Shown piece after piece: positions 37,454 to 46,715 of a stretch of DNA of 64,000 nucleotides. The notes under the pieces were generated by a model, which was given only the letters and a program-made list of their open reading frames with translations, made no database searches and had not been told where the DNA came from. Source of the stretch: Spirochaetia bacterium (GTDB taxonomy: Bacteria; Spirochaetota; Spirochaetia; SZUA-6; Bin103); NCBI GenBank assembly GCA_965199955.1, contig CBDATQ010000001.1, forward strand, positions 1,472,001 through 1,536,000. The letters run 5' to 3'. Made by a program: the position numbers and the translations under genes. Each line of letters begins with the position of its first letter. The stretch's first letter is position 1.

Positions 37454-38998
37454 CTATCCGGGCGCGACGCCCCGGGAGGCAAGATCCGCAAACATCGGCG
37501 AATAGCGACCACGGGGACTCATCTCGACCAGGGTGTCCCCCTCGAACACCATGTCGTGCCGCTGCCAGTAGACCCACTCCGCCTCCGAGCGGCGTACGGG
37601 CGTAAAGCGCACGCGCACCTCCGTTCCCTCCGGCAGCGGATCGGTCACCGCCCACGGCTCGATGCGTCCGCTGGCGAGCGTCCCGCCGGCTTCGCCGGCC
37701 CGGCTGACGTTCAAATCCTCCCAAGGCAGCCAGTCCGGCTTGCGCACCCACAGGCTGCCGGCCGCCGGCATCGTCACGGTCACGTCGCCCGCCGCGGGCA
37801 GCCGGCTGCTGGTGCGCGCGGCGCCGCGGTCCGTGGAGAACAGCAGGTTCAGCCGCGTGTCCGAACCGTGCCGCGTCGATCCGTGGCGGAGCGCCGCCCA
37901 AAGGCACTGGATGCCGCCCTGAACGACGTCCAGGACGCTGGTGGCGACGCCCAGCGGGTCGGGCACGTGGCGGTCCGAGGGGCTTGGGAAGCCCCAGCCG
38001 CCGTCGGCCTCCGGAGGGAACTCGGTCACCGCGTAGCTGGGGGCGTCCTCCGGGCTCTGCATCTCCTGGCCGGCCAGCCACTGGCTGGGCAGCACGTGGC
38101 TGCGGATCATGCGCTCTGCGACGCCGAAGTACTTGGGCCGGCCGGCCAGTCCCAGGGCGATCGCCGTCTGGATCATGTCGCCGGTGTTGTTGATCTCGCC
38201 CCTTCCGGGCACACGCTCGTTGCCCAGGCTCTCGATCGACCAGCCGAAGGTGCTGCAGGTCGGCGCCAGCCCCACGTCGAAGATACGGCGGGCGTGCTCG
38301 ACAGTGTCCAGATCACCGATCAGCAGCCCGTAGTCGGCCAGACCTTGTACCGTCCCGGTGATCGAGTGGGTGTGGGTACCGGCCTCCGCGGTGAGGCGGC
38401 CGTCATCGGTGAACGACGTGGTGCGCGCCAGCCGCACGAAGCGGTCGGCCAGCTCCAGCGCGCGCTGGTCGCCGGTTAGGCGAAAGAGGTGGGTGAGGGC
38501 CATCACGGTCCGGGCCCGCGACCGGGGCGGCGGAGACTCGATGCCGTCTCGATCGTCGGTGAACCCGGGATGTTTCAGGCTGGACTCGGCCGCGATCGTC
38601 TCGGCCCGCCAGGTGCCGTCGGGATTGGTGAGGCGGATCCAGGTGTCGAGCAGCGTTCCCAGCCGCTCGCGGGCGGCGCGGTCGTCGCGGGCGGTCGCCA
38701 GCTCCGTGAACGCCTGCACGATCTCGCGCAGGTCGTGCGGATTGGTCTGGCCGTCGACCCGCGGGAACCCGAGCGGATTGTCGGTCAGGTCCAGCAGCAT
38801 GGTGCGCAGGCCGTCGACGACCGCCTCCGGCGCCGGGGTGCCGCTTGCCGCGGCTCCCTTCAGCAGCGCGTCCACGGCACGGCCGTAGTTGTGCGGGTCC
38901 AGCACGCCCTCGGCCAGGCGGCGTTCGCACCAGCGGGCGACGCAAGCCATGGCGCGGGCGATGCGGGCGGGCAGGTCGGCGTCACGGGGATTCGGCAT
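37454..38998 (-). CDS. Hypothetical (alpha/alpha)6-barrel protein, distantly GH127-like
   Basis: Start MPNPRDAD at 38998; HTHSITGT, GEINNTGDMI, AERMIRSHVLPSQ, C-terminal LNLLFS...LWVRKPDW. Confidence 0.5.
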   Translation of the reverse strand: MPNPRDADLPARIARAMACVARWCERRLAEGVLDPHNYGRAVDALLKGAAASGTPAPEAVVDGLRTMLLDLTDNPLGFPRVDGQTNPHDLREIVQAFTELATARDDRAARERLGTLLDTWIRLTNPDGTWRAETIAAESSLKHPGFTDDRDGIESPPPRSRARTVMALTHLFRLTGDQRALELADRFVRLARTTSFTDDGRLTAEAGTHTHSITGTVQGLADYGLLIGDLDTVEHARRIFDVGLAPTCSTFGWSIESLGNERVPGRGEINNTGDMIQTAIALGLAGRPKYFGVAERMIRSHVLPSQWLAGQEMQSPEDAPSYAVTEFPPEADGGWGFPSPSDRHVPDPLGVATSVLDVVQGGIQCLWAALRHGSTRHGSDTRLNLLFSTDRGAARTSSRLPAAGDVTVTMPAAGSLWVRKPDWLPWEDLNVSRAGEAGGTLASGRIEPWAVTDPLPEGTEVRVRFTPVRRSEAEWVYWQRHDMVFEGDTLVEMSPRGRYSPMFADLASRGVAPG

Positions 38999-39029
38999 GG
39001 GCTCCTCCGGAGCGCTATGATGCGGCGCC

Positions 39030-39764
39030 ATGGCGCAGCGCGGCAACGAAGGCGGCACGCTGGCAGAGTCGGTCGACGCGCTGACCTTCGACATCTTCGG
39101 AACGATCGTCGACTGGCGGAGCGGCGTCATCGACGCCGGCCGCGAGTTGCACGGGCGGACCGGCAAGGGCACGGACTGGCCCCGGCTTGCCGATGCGTGG
39201 CGCGGCGGGTACGAGCCGGCGATGGAGCCGGTGCGCAGCGGCCGGCGGCCCTGGGAGCCGATCGACGTGCTGCACGGCGAGATCCTGGACCGGCTGCTGG
39301 CCGAGCGGGGACTGGGGCTCGATGCGGACGACCGCCACTGGTTCGTCCACGCGTGGCACCGGCTGCCGGCATGGCCCGACGTGCGCAACGGGCTGGCGCG
39401 GCTGCGGCGCCGCTTCAAGGTCTGCGCCCTGTCGAACGGCAACGTCTCGCTGCTGGAGGATCTGGCGACCTGCAATGATCTCGGCTTCGACCACATCCTG
39501 TCGGCCGAGCACGCGCGCACCTACAAGCCGATGCCGGCGGTCTACACCACGGCGGCCTCGCGGCTGAACCTGCCGCCGGAGCGAATCCTCATGGTCGCCG
39601 CTCACGACGACGACCTGCGGGGGGCGCGGACCGTCGGCTTCCGCACGGCTTACCTCCCGCGACCCACCGAATGGGGTCCGAACGGCAGCGCCGAGACCCC
39701 GGCCGAGCCGCACGATTTGACGGTCGCCGATTGCGAGGCACTCGCCGACGCGCTGGGAGCGTAA
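39030..39764 (+). CDS. Haloacid dehalogenase, type II
   Basis: LTFDIFGTIVDW, ALSNGN, YKP, MVAAHDDDL. Confidence 0.85.
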   Translation: MAQRGNEGGTLAESVDALTFDIFGTIVDWRSGVIDAGRELHGRTGKGTDWPRLADAWRGGYEPAMEPVRSGRRPWEPIDVLHGEILDRLLAERGLGLDADDRHWFVHAWHRLPAWPDVRNGLARLRRRFKVCALSNGNVSLLEDLATCNDLGFDHILSAEHARTYKPMPAVYTTAASRLNLPPERILMVAAHDDDLRGARTVGFRTAYLPRPTEWGPNGSAETPAEPHDLTVADCEALADALGA

Positions 39765-39789
39765 TCCAGGCAGAGATCCGCGAATATTC

Positions 39790-40027
39790 TTCTTGGAGCT
39801 GGAACGCCGGCGGTTCGATGGAGCTCGTGTAGGTCTGCGCCGATCTCTCCGATCCGGAAACCGCCAACCGGGAGTTGCGCGCTCTCGCTGCGGCAGGCGC
39901 CCGGTTTCCCGATGCCCGCAAGCGCCTGCTGACGCTTGCGCGCGATGGCATTCCTGACGAGGTGCCCTCCGGTGTGGAGGCGCAGCCAGCCTACGAGTGG
40001 CTGCTGACGCCGCCGGCTGATTCATAG
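39790..40027 (+). pseudogene. C-terminal remnant of an AAA+/DUF4143-type ATPase
   Basis: Manual translation: FLELERRR ... ELV*VCADLSDPETANRELRALAAAG...AYEWLL*; deletion plus a nonsense codon. Confidence 0.55.
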
Positions 40028-40048
40028 GCAGGCGTTTGGGCGCCGGCG

Positions 40049-40843
40049 CTACCTGGTCGCTCTGATCGAGTACATGTGCGGGAACGACTCGCCGTGGTGC
40101 GGGAACCGCCACCGCCCGTCCTCGCACCGCTCCATGCCCGCATACGGCTGGCTGCAGAACGGGAACTCGTGCAGGAAATCGATCGTCAATCCGGCGTCGA
40201 TCAGCGCGGTCACCACGTCGCCCAAGGGGTGCTGCCATTCGTGGTGGGGGCTCGATATCAGTTCCCCGCCCGCGTAGCTCGGTTGGTTGCCCGGGGTGGA
40301 CACCTCCCCGTGGAAATAGCCGTACGCCGCTTTCAGTTCACCTGATTCCGAGACCTCGAACGCATCCAGGAACGGGTGGAACTCCACGATATGGAACGTC
40401 CCGCCCGGTCTGAGCATGCGGTGAATGACCGACGCCCACTTGTCCAGGCGAGGAAGCCAGACCAGGACACCGTACGACGTGAGCACGATGTCGAACTTCT
40501 CATCGAGCACGTCCGGCAGGTCGTACACGTCGGAACGGATGAACCGCGTGTTCAGTTCCTGCTCATCGCTCAGCGACCTCGCCAGGTCGATCGCGGCGTC
40601 GGAGAAGTCGACGCCGGTGGCCTTCGCCCCCAGACGCGCCCACGACATCGTGTCCAGCCCGAAGTGGCACTGGAGGTGGAGCAACGTCGTGCCGGCGACA
40701 TCGCCGACCTCCCGGCGCTCGACATCGGTGAGCGTGATCCGGCCTGCCTTGAAGCCCTTGACGTCATAGAACGAGGAAGACGCGTGGACCGGCGTCCGCT
40801 CATTCCAGTTCTGTCGATTGTCCCGGAGTCGTTCGTCTTCCAT
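40049..40843 (-). CDS. Class I SAM-dependent methyltransferase
   Basis: Start MEDERLRDNRQNWN at 40843; LLHLQCHFGLD, GVDFS, LRPGG. Confidence 0.88.
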   Translation of the reverse strand: MEDERLRDNRQNWNERTPVHASSSFYDVKGFKAGRITLTDVERREVGDVAGTTLLHLQCHFGLDTMSWARLGAKATGVDFSDAAIDLARSLSDEQELNTRFIRSDVYDLPDVLDEKFDIVLTSYGVLVWLPRLDKWASVIHRMLRPGGTFHIVEFHPFLDAFEVSESGELKAAYGYFHGEVSTPGNQPSYAGGELISSPHHEWQHPLGDVVTALIDAGLTIDFLHEFPFCSQPYAGMERCEDGRWRFPHHGESFPHMYSIRATR

Positions 40844-40974
40844 GTCGTAGGCTTGCTGCCCCGCCCGCACTACTCGCCGAGCGATGGCAGGTCGAGCCAA
40901 TAGCGAGTGTAGCGGCGAGCACCGGTACGTCGCAGAGCTCGGTTGCCATCCGGTCGGTTGCCAGATCCAGCTCA

Positions 40975-41003
40975 TGGGCTATAGAACGCCATCCTATAGC
41001 CCA
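40975..41003. terminator. Perfect 10-bp stem hairpin downstream of the 41010..42326 gene
   Basis: TGGGCTATAG-N9-CTATAGCCCA. Confidence 0.5.
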
Positions 41004-41009
41004 GAGGCC

Positions 41010-42326
41010 CTATCCGGAGACGGCGTAGATGGCGGAGGCGCGGGCGTAGAGGCGGACGCGGATCAGGGAGCCTGCCAGCTCGGTGCCGTCGCGGCGCCGG
41101 CCTTCGCCGTGCCAGACCAGGGGGTGGTCAGGGCGGTCGAGGGGGCCCTGCAGCAGGCAGCCGTCGCGTTCGTAGCCGGGGATCACTCGGTCGCGGTCGT
41201 CGATCAGCTCGGCCATCACGTACGCCTGGTTCTCCTGGTTGTCGTATTCGTCGCCGGGGATCTTGACGTTGAGCCGCAACGGGCCGGCCGGCATCGGGAA
41301 CTCGGCGGTCTCGAAATGCGAGTTGGTCGTCGACGTCGCATACGTCAGCCGGTCGGCCGGCAGCCCATGCAGGCGGTCGGCACGCTGGAACAGCATCATG
41401 CCGTTCACGAGGATCGGGTTGTGCAGCGAGAAGGCGCCGGCGTCGATCTCCCGGAACGGCCGGCTCCAGTTCAGTCCGTCGCGGCTGATCCAGCGTTCGC
41501 AGGGCAGGAACACGCCGTGGCCGTTGGCGCGCATCGGGTCGATGCCGGGTTGGATGAAGCTGCCGGCGTAGTTGTTCATGTGCATGTAGTAGCGGCCCTC
41601 ATGGGCAAAGGTGCTGCCCGAGTAGAACTCCAGGTCGGGCGGGTCCTCGTCGTCAGGCGAGATCTGGAACTCGATCGGCACCAGCCGCCCGCGCAGCAGC
41701 CGCATGTTGTTGTGGTACTCGGGCTTCTCGAAGTACTGGCTGGCGGTGTCCGGCGTCCATGTGAAGCCGTCCTCGCTGGTGCGGATCGTCACCACGCGGC
41801 GCCCATTGAGGACCAAGTCGTGCACGCCCTTGTCCCAGCGCTGCCAGCCCTTGCCGTAATAGATGAACCGTTGCACGGCGGGGCTCCACATCGCGCCCCA
41901 GGCGTCGCCGTCGGCGAACACCGGTCCGCCCGGATGCTCCTCCCAGCTCTCGCCATCGCGGCTGTGGAAGATGTACATCTGCATCTCGCCGTGGTGGATG
42001 GCGTTCTTCATGAAGACGTAGCGCTCGAGTTCCGGGCTGTAGGCCATGCGCGCGGCGTAGTGCCATTTGTACTCCGAGCGCTCGCAGACGACGTGCGTGT
42101 CTTCGAAGCGGATGCCGTCGGTCGTCACGCTGCGCAGCAGCTTCCAGGGCGTGTGCCGGCTCATCTGATAGTGGAACACGTCCGCGGTGCCGTCGGTCCG
42201 GGGCGCCGCGAAGCAGATGACGTCGCGCATCTCGGTCCTGCCCAGGGGCCGGAACGGCGTCGGGCGGAACCGCACGTGGCCCCACGGCCGATGCACGTCG
42301 TGCCGGTCCATGAACAGCAGCTTCAT
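41010..42326 (-). CDS. Hypothetical beta-propeller glycosidase-like protein
   Basis: Asp-box-like repeats TTDGIRF, SRDGESW, SEDGFTW, SRDGLNW; C-terminal beta-sandwich. Confidence 0.6.
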   Translation of the reverse strand: MKLLFMDRHDVHRPWGHVRFRPTPFRPLGRTEMRDVICFAAPRTDGTADVFHYQMSRHTPWKLLRSVTTDGIRFEDTHVVCERSEYKWHYAARMAYSPELERYVFMKNAIHHGEMQMYIFHSRDGESWEEHPGGPVFADGDAWGAMWSPAVQRFIYYGKGWQRWDKGVHDLVLNGRRVVTIRTSEDGFTWTPDTASQYFEKPEYHNNMRLLRGRLVPIEFQISPDDEDPPDLEFYSGSTFAHEGRYYMHMNNYAGSFIQPGIDPMRANGHGVFLPCERWISRDGLNWSRPFREIDAGAFSLHNPILVNGMMLFQRADRLHGLPADRLTYATSTTNSHFETAEFPMPAGPLRLNVKIPGDEYDNQENQAYVMAELIDDRDRVIPGYERDGCLLQGPLDRPDHPLVWHGEGRRRDGTELAGSLIRVRLYARASAIYAVSG

Positions 42327-42385
42327 GGCGACGGATCTTAGCGGGGTCTTGTCGCCGCCGGCCAGTTCGGTAGGATCGGTGCGGG

Positions 42386-43372
42386 ATGAAGAGCGCCAGA
42401 ATCGTGGCTCCCGGACGCGTCGAAGTAGGCGAGGTCGCCGATCTGACCGTCCAGCCCGGCACGGCGGTCGTGCGCCCGCTGGCCGTCGCCATCGACGGCA
42501 GTGACACGCGCCGCGTGTACGACGGCGCCCCGGACTCCTATCCCTTTGCTCCGGCCACCTGCGCGCACCAGATCGTCGGCCGCGTGGAGGCGATCGAGTA
42601 CGTCGGCGTCAAGCCGCTGCCGTTCGTGGTGGACGAGGTGGCGATCGTCCGGCGGCCGGGCTTCGACGGGCTGGCCGAGCAGATCCTGGTGCCGATCGGA
42701 GAGCTGATCCACCAGACGCTCGACACGCCGCTGGAGCACTTGGTGCTCGTGCACCAGCTCGCCCGCGCGCTGATGGCGGCCGAGCGGCTCCGCGACGTGG
42801 TCGGCCGGTCGGTTGCGGTGGTCGGGCAGGGGCCGGCCGGCCTGGTCCTGGACGCGGTGCTGCGGCGCGCTGGCGCGCGGCAGGTGATCGGCATCGACCC
42901 GCTTCGCGCGCGCCGGGAAGCGGCGCTCCGGTTCGGGGCGACCGCGGTCGTCGATCCCGGCGTCGGTGCTTCCGATGGGGTGGCGAAGGTAGGCGCGATC
43001 TCCGGCGCCCAGCTCCCCGACGTGGTGGTGGAGGCGGCCGGCACCGCGGATTCCATCAACCTGGCGGTCGCCCTGGTGAGGGCCGAGGGCCGCCTGCTGC
43101 TGTACGGCGAGCCGCGCGCGCCGACCTTTCCGTTCGCCTACGGCGTGCTCCATGAGAAGCAGTGCACGGTGCTCATGTCGACGCCGGCCACCTACGAGGC
43201 CGACGGATACCACGCCTATCGCCTGGCCACCAACCACCTGGCCCGCGGCGACTTCGACTTCGGCGGCCTGATCACCCACCGCCTGCCGATCGCCGACGCG
43301 GCGCGTGCTTACGAGCTGTCCCGCTCCGGCGACGACGGTGCTTGCCAGGTGGTGATCGAGCTCGGCTCGTGA
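42386..43372 (+). CDS. MDR-superfamily dehydrogenase with non-canonical zinc site
   Basis: VAVVGQGPAG Rossmann motif, VVVEAAG, LITHRLP; AIDGSD and CAHQ replace the usual ICGSD and GHE. Confidence 0.8.
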   Translation: MKSARIVAPGRVEVGEVADLTVQPGTAVVRPLAVAIDGSDTRRVYDGAPDSYPFAPATCAHQIVGRVEAIEYVGVKPLPFVVDEVAIVRRPGFDGLAEQILVPIGELIHQTLDTPLEHLVLVHQLARALMAAERLRDVVGRSVAVVGQGPAGLVLDAVLRRAGARQVIGIDPLRARREAALRFGATAVVDPGVGASDGVAKVGAISGAQLPDVVVEAAGTADSINLAVALVRAEGRLLLYGEPRAPTFPFAYGVLHEKQCTVLMSTPATYEADGYHAYRLATNHLARGDFDFGGLITHRLPIADAARAYELSRSGDDGACQVVIELGS

Positions 43373-43701
43373 CAGAACCAAACGCCGGCAGCGTCCCACC
43401 CAGTGGGGTCCACGACCGTGGCGGGTTGCCCAGCGGCGAGCCGATCGACCGCTCGACCCACGAGCTGGCCGACTGGGAGCACCTCACCAACGCACTGGTC
43501 GGCGTGCTCCGGCATCGCGGCCTGTTCACCGTCGACGAGCTGCGTCGCGGCATCGAGTCGCTACCGCCCGAGCGGTACGAGTCGTGCAGCTACTACGAGC
43601 GCTGGGCGTCCTCGCTCGAAACCGTGCTGGTGGAGAAGGGCGTGCTGACCAGTGAGGAAGTCGACGCCAAGGCGAAGGCGGTGGGCGGCAGATGGGAGTA
43701 G
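43369..43701 (+). CDS. Nitrile hydratase beta-subunit N-terminal half (ScnB-like)
   Basis: GTG 43369 overlaps the upstream TGA; GVHDRGG, DWE, VDELRRGIE, SYYERW. Confidence 0.85.
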   Translation: MTEPNAGSVPPSGVHDRGGLPSGEPIDRSTHELADWEHLTNALVGVLRHRGLFTVDELRRGIESLPPERYESCSYYERWASSLETVLVEKGVLTSEEVDAKAKAVGGRWE

Positions 43702-44012
43702 TGTTCTCCGCCGCGTTCGGCCGCTTCGCTCCCGGCGATTCCGTGACGGTCCGGCGGGATCGTGTCCCACATCACCACCGTACGCCGTGGTTCATCAAGG
43801 GCGCCCGAGGAAGGATCCGCGCGGTGAGCGGGCCGTTCTTCGATCCCGAGTCGCGCGCCCACGGCGGCAGCGGCCTCCCCAAGCGCCTGCTGTACCACGT
43901 GGAGTTCAGCCAGGCCGACCTCTGGGGAGACCGGTACGACGGCGGCGAAGGCGACGTGCTCCTGATCGACGTGTACGAAGGATGGCTGGAGCCGGCGGGA
44001 GCCGCAGCATGA
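43692..44012 (+). CDS. Nitrile hydratase beta-subunit C-terminal SH3-like half (ScnA-like)
   Basis: RFAPGDSVTV, HHRTPWFIKGARG, LYHVEF...LWG, IDVYEGWLEPA. Confidence 0.85.
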   Translation: MGVVFSAAFGRFAPGDSVTVRRDRVPHHHRTPWFIKGARGRIRAVSGPFFDPESRAHGGSGLPKRLLYHVEFSQADLWGDRYDGGEGDVLLIDVYEGWLEPAGAAA

Positions 44013-44644
44013 GCGGCGATCACGATCACGACCATGGCCATCCTGGTGTGCATCCCGACATCGAGCTTCCCGAACCCGCCCGGCGCGCCATCGCCATGCA
44101 TGAGCTGCTGTTGGAGAAGGGGGTGCTTGATCCCGGCGAGCTCGCCGAGCAGATCCAGCGGGTCCGCTCCCGCTCGGCGGCGGACGGCGCGCGGGTGGTA
44201 GCGAGGGCGTGGGTGGATCCCGCGTTCAAGGCAAGGCTCCTGCAGGATGCCCGCTCGGCAGTGGCCGAGCTCGGCTACACCCTTACGCACGACGCCGAGC
44301 TGGCGGTGGTGGAGAACACGGCCGCCGTGCACCATCTGGTCGTGTGCACGCTCTGCTCCTGCTATCCGACCGCTCTGCTCGGTCCGCCGCCCGACTGGTA
44401 CAAAAGCAGCCCCTACCGCCAGCGCGCGGTCGTCGAGCCGCGGGCGGTCATGCGCGAGTTCGGGCTGGAGGTCGCCGGACACGTGCAGGTGCGGGTCGTC
44501 GACAGCACCGCCGACCTGCGCTACCTGGTCCTGCCGCGGCGGCCCCCCGGGACGGAAGGGCTGTCGGAGGAAGAGCTGGCCGGGCTGGTGACGCGGGACA
44601 GCATGATCGGCGTGACGGACCCGCTCGAAGCGCGAAGCGCATGA
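44009..44644 (+). CDS. nthA: Cobalt-type nitrile hydratase alpha / thiocyanate hydrolase gamma subunit
   Basis: GARVVARAWVDPAFK, VVCTLCSCYP metal site, PPDWYKS, RYLVLPRRP; His-rich N-terminus. Confidence 0.92.
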   Translation: MSGDHDHDHGHPGVHPDIELPEPARRAIAMHELLLEKGVLDPGELAEQIQRVRSRSAADGARVVARAWVDPAFKARLLQDARSAVAELGYTLTHDAELAVVENTAAVHHLVVCTLCSCYPTALLGPPPDWYKSSPYRQRAVVEPRAVMREFGLEVAGHVQVRVVDSTADLRYLVLPRRPPGTEGLSEEELAGLVTRDSMIGVTDPLEARSA

Positions 44645-45630
44645 CCGATCCCGCGCTCTCGGCCTACCGCCGCATGCCGGTCGTGCACCCGGTGCCGGTG
44701 GCGGACGAGGAGGTGCGCGCCAGGTTCTCCGAGCTGCTGGGCCTGCTCGACGTGCCCGGTCCGGGATCCGTGCCGGCGGAGCTGGGGGAGAGCGAGACCG
44801 GCGCGGACGGCGTGACCGTCACGCCGCTCCGCTTCCGCAACGAGCTCGACGAGGTCGTGCCCTGCATCCTGATGCGATCGGCCGGCGCCGGCGACGAGCT
44901 GGGCGGGATCGTCTGCATGCCGGGCACCGGCGGCACCGCCGAGCTGATCAGTGAGGAGCGCATGCACCGGCCGCTCCGGCACCGGGGACCGCTGCACGGC
45001 TGGGCGCGCGAGCTGGCGCGGCGCGGCTTCGCGACGCTGGCGGTCACCATCAGGGGGACCACGGCGCGCCAGCCCAACCCGCTGGAGCGGGAGCGGGAGT
45101 CCAAGGCGATGGAGCCGTTCGGCAGGACGGCGGTCGGGGTGCGCGTGCGCGAAGCGCTGCAGGCGGGCCGGGCGCTGGCGGCCGTCGACGGGGTGAGCAC
45201 CGAGCGTATCGGGCTCACCGGCTTCTCGCTGGGCGGGCAGGCCGCGTGGATGGCGCAGGCGGCCGCTCCCTGGATCCAGGCCTCGGCGCCGCTGGCGGGC
45301 GGCCTCGGCAGCATGGCCGCGGTCATCCGGGAGGGCGACCTGGACCGCCACTCCAGCCCCTGGTACATCCCGCACCTGCTGCGGCACTTCGACCAGGGCC
45401 GCATCGTGCGGGTGTGCATCTGTCCGCGGCCGCTCATGGTGCTGGCGCCGACCGAGGACGAGGACATGCCGGCGAGCGGGGTCGACGAGATGGAGCGCGA
45501 GGTGCGGCCGGCCTACGCCTCGGCCTGCTGCCCCCACCGCTTCGAGGTGCATCGGCCCCACCTCAACCACCTCTACCTGCCGGAGCACCTCGACTCGGTG
45601 TCGGCCTTCTTCGGGCGATGGCTGTCGTGA
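44641..45630 (+). CDS. Alpha/beta hydrolase (dienelactone-hydrolase/acetyl-esterase-like)
   Basis: ATG 44641 overlaps the upstream stop; nucleophile elbow GFSLGG, ICPRPL, EDEDMP, NHLY. Confidence 0.8.
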   Translation: MTDPALSAYRRMPVVHPVPVADEEVRARFSELLGLLDVPGPGSVPAELGESETGADGVTVTPLRFRNELDEVVPCILMRSAGAGDELGGIVCMPGTGGTAELISEERMHRPLRHRGPLHGWARELARRGFATLAVTIRGTTARQPNPLERERESKAMEPFGRTAVGVRVREALQAGRALAAVDGVSTERIGLTGFSLGGQAAWMAQAAAPWIQASAPLAGGLGSMAAVIREGDLDRHSSPWYIPHLLRHFDQGRIVRVCICPRPLMVLAPTEDEDMPASGVDEMEREVRPAYASACCPHRFEVHRPHLNHLYLPEHLDSVSAFFGRWLS

Positions 45631-46700
45631 CCGCAGGCTCGCGCTACCGCGAGATCGAGGCGTACGGGACTCCGCGCGAGATGGGCCGCCAGATCGGTGG
45701 GGCGGCGCGGGAGGAGATCCGCGGCTTCGCGGACGTCGCCGTCGAGCGGGTCAACAAGACGGTGTCGATCAGCCGCGAGCAGGCGCTCGCCACCGCCTCC
45801 GCGTGCATCCCGTACGTCGCCGACTATGCGCCCGAGCTGCTCGCCGAGCTGCGCGGGACGGCCGAGTCGAGCGGCGTGTCGCTGGCCGAGCTGATGCTCC
45901 TGCAGGTCCGCAACCAGCTCCGCAACCGCAAGGCTCCCGGCCGGCCGGACGAAGGCGGCTGCACGGCGCTGTCGGCGCGCCGGCCCGCGCTGGTCGCCCA
46001 GAACTGGGACAACGACCCGGCGCTCGACCCGTACACGGTGGTGCTGACGCGCCAGCCGCTCGCCGGCCCGGCGACGCTGACGGTCGGCCAGGCCGGGCTG
46101 ATCGGCTACATCGGCTGCGGCGAGCGCGGCATCGGTGTGTGCCTGAACACCCTGCCGGCGCCGTCCCGCGAGGTGGGCGTGCCGCACTACTTCATCGTCC
46201 GCCGCGTGCTGGAGGCCGATTCACTCGACGCCGCGATCGAGGCGGTGCGGAGCGCGCACCGCGCCATCCCCGCCAACCTGATTCTGGCCACGCCGCAGGG
46301 GCCGGCCGACTTCGAGATCCTGATCGACGACCTGCGCGTGCTGCGGCCGGAGGACGGCGCCGCCTGGCTGACGCACACCAACCACTGCCTGCACCCGGCG
46401 CTGACGGACGTCAACGAGCGGTTTCCGGAGCTGATCGAGTCGCTGCCGCGCAAGCGGCGGATCGATTCCCTCCTCGAGGAGGCTGACGGCGGCATCGACG
46501 TCGGCGCGGCGAAGGCGGCGCTGCGCGACCACGACGACGAGCCCCGGTCGATCTGCCGGCATGCCAACGACCACCCCCGGTACGGCTTCTGGACCAGCGT
46601 GCTGTCGGTGGTGATCGAGGCGGACGCCGGCCGCATGCACGTCAGCCGCGGCAACCCCTGCTCGAACCCCTACGAGGAATACCTGCTCCTGTCGTCGTAA
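45627..46700 (+). CDS. Peptidase C45 family Ntn-hydrolase/acyltransferase
   Basis: GTPREMGRQIG, autoproteolysis site GGCTA, AQNWD, THTNH, SICRH, GNPC. Confidence 0.85.
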   Translation: MTAGSRYREIEAYGTPREMGRQIGGAAREEIRGFADVAVERVNKTVSISREQALATASACIPYVADYAPELLAELRGTAESSGVSLAELMLLQVRNQLRNRKAPGRPDEGGCTALSARRPALVAQNWDNDPALDPYTVVLTRQPLAGPATLTVGQAGLIGYIGCGERGIGVCLNTLPAPSREVGVPHYFIVRRVLEADSLDAAIEAVRSAHRAIPANLILATPQGPADFEILIDDLRVLRPEDGAAWLTHTNHCLHPALTDVNERFPELIESLPRKRRIDSLLEEADGGIDVGAAKAALRDHDDEPRSICRHANDHPRYGFWTSVLSVVIEADAGRMHVSRGNPCSNPYEEYLLLSS

Positions 46701-46715
46701 GTCCTGTGCCGAGTC

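Noticed and set aside
31230..37454. Integron cassette array explaining the TA remnants
   Set aside because: No recurring attC-like elements recognised, genes lie on both strands, and no integrase is present.
40860..40975. Fic/DUF4172 N-terminal remnant (MSWIWQPTGW)
   Set aside because: Resemblance is limited to a few residues; too weak to call.
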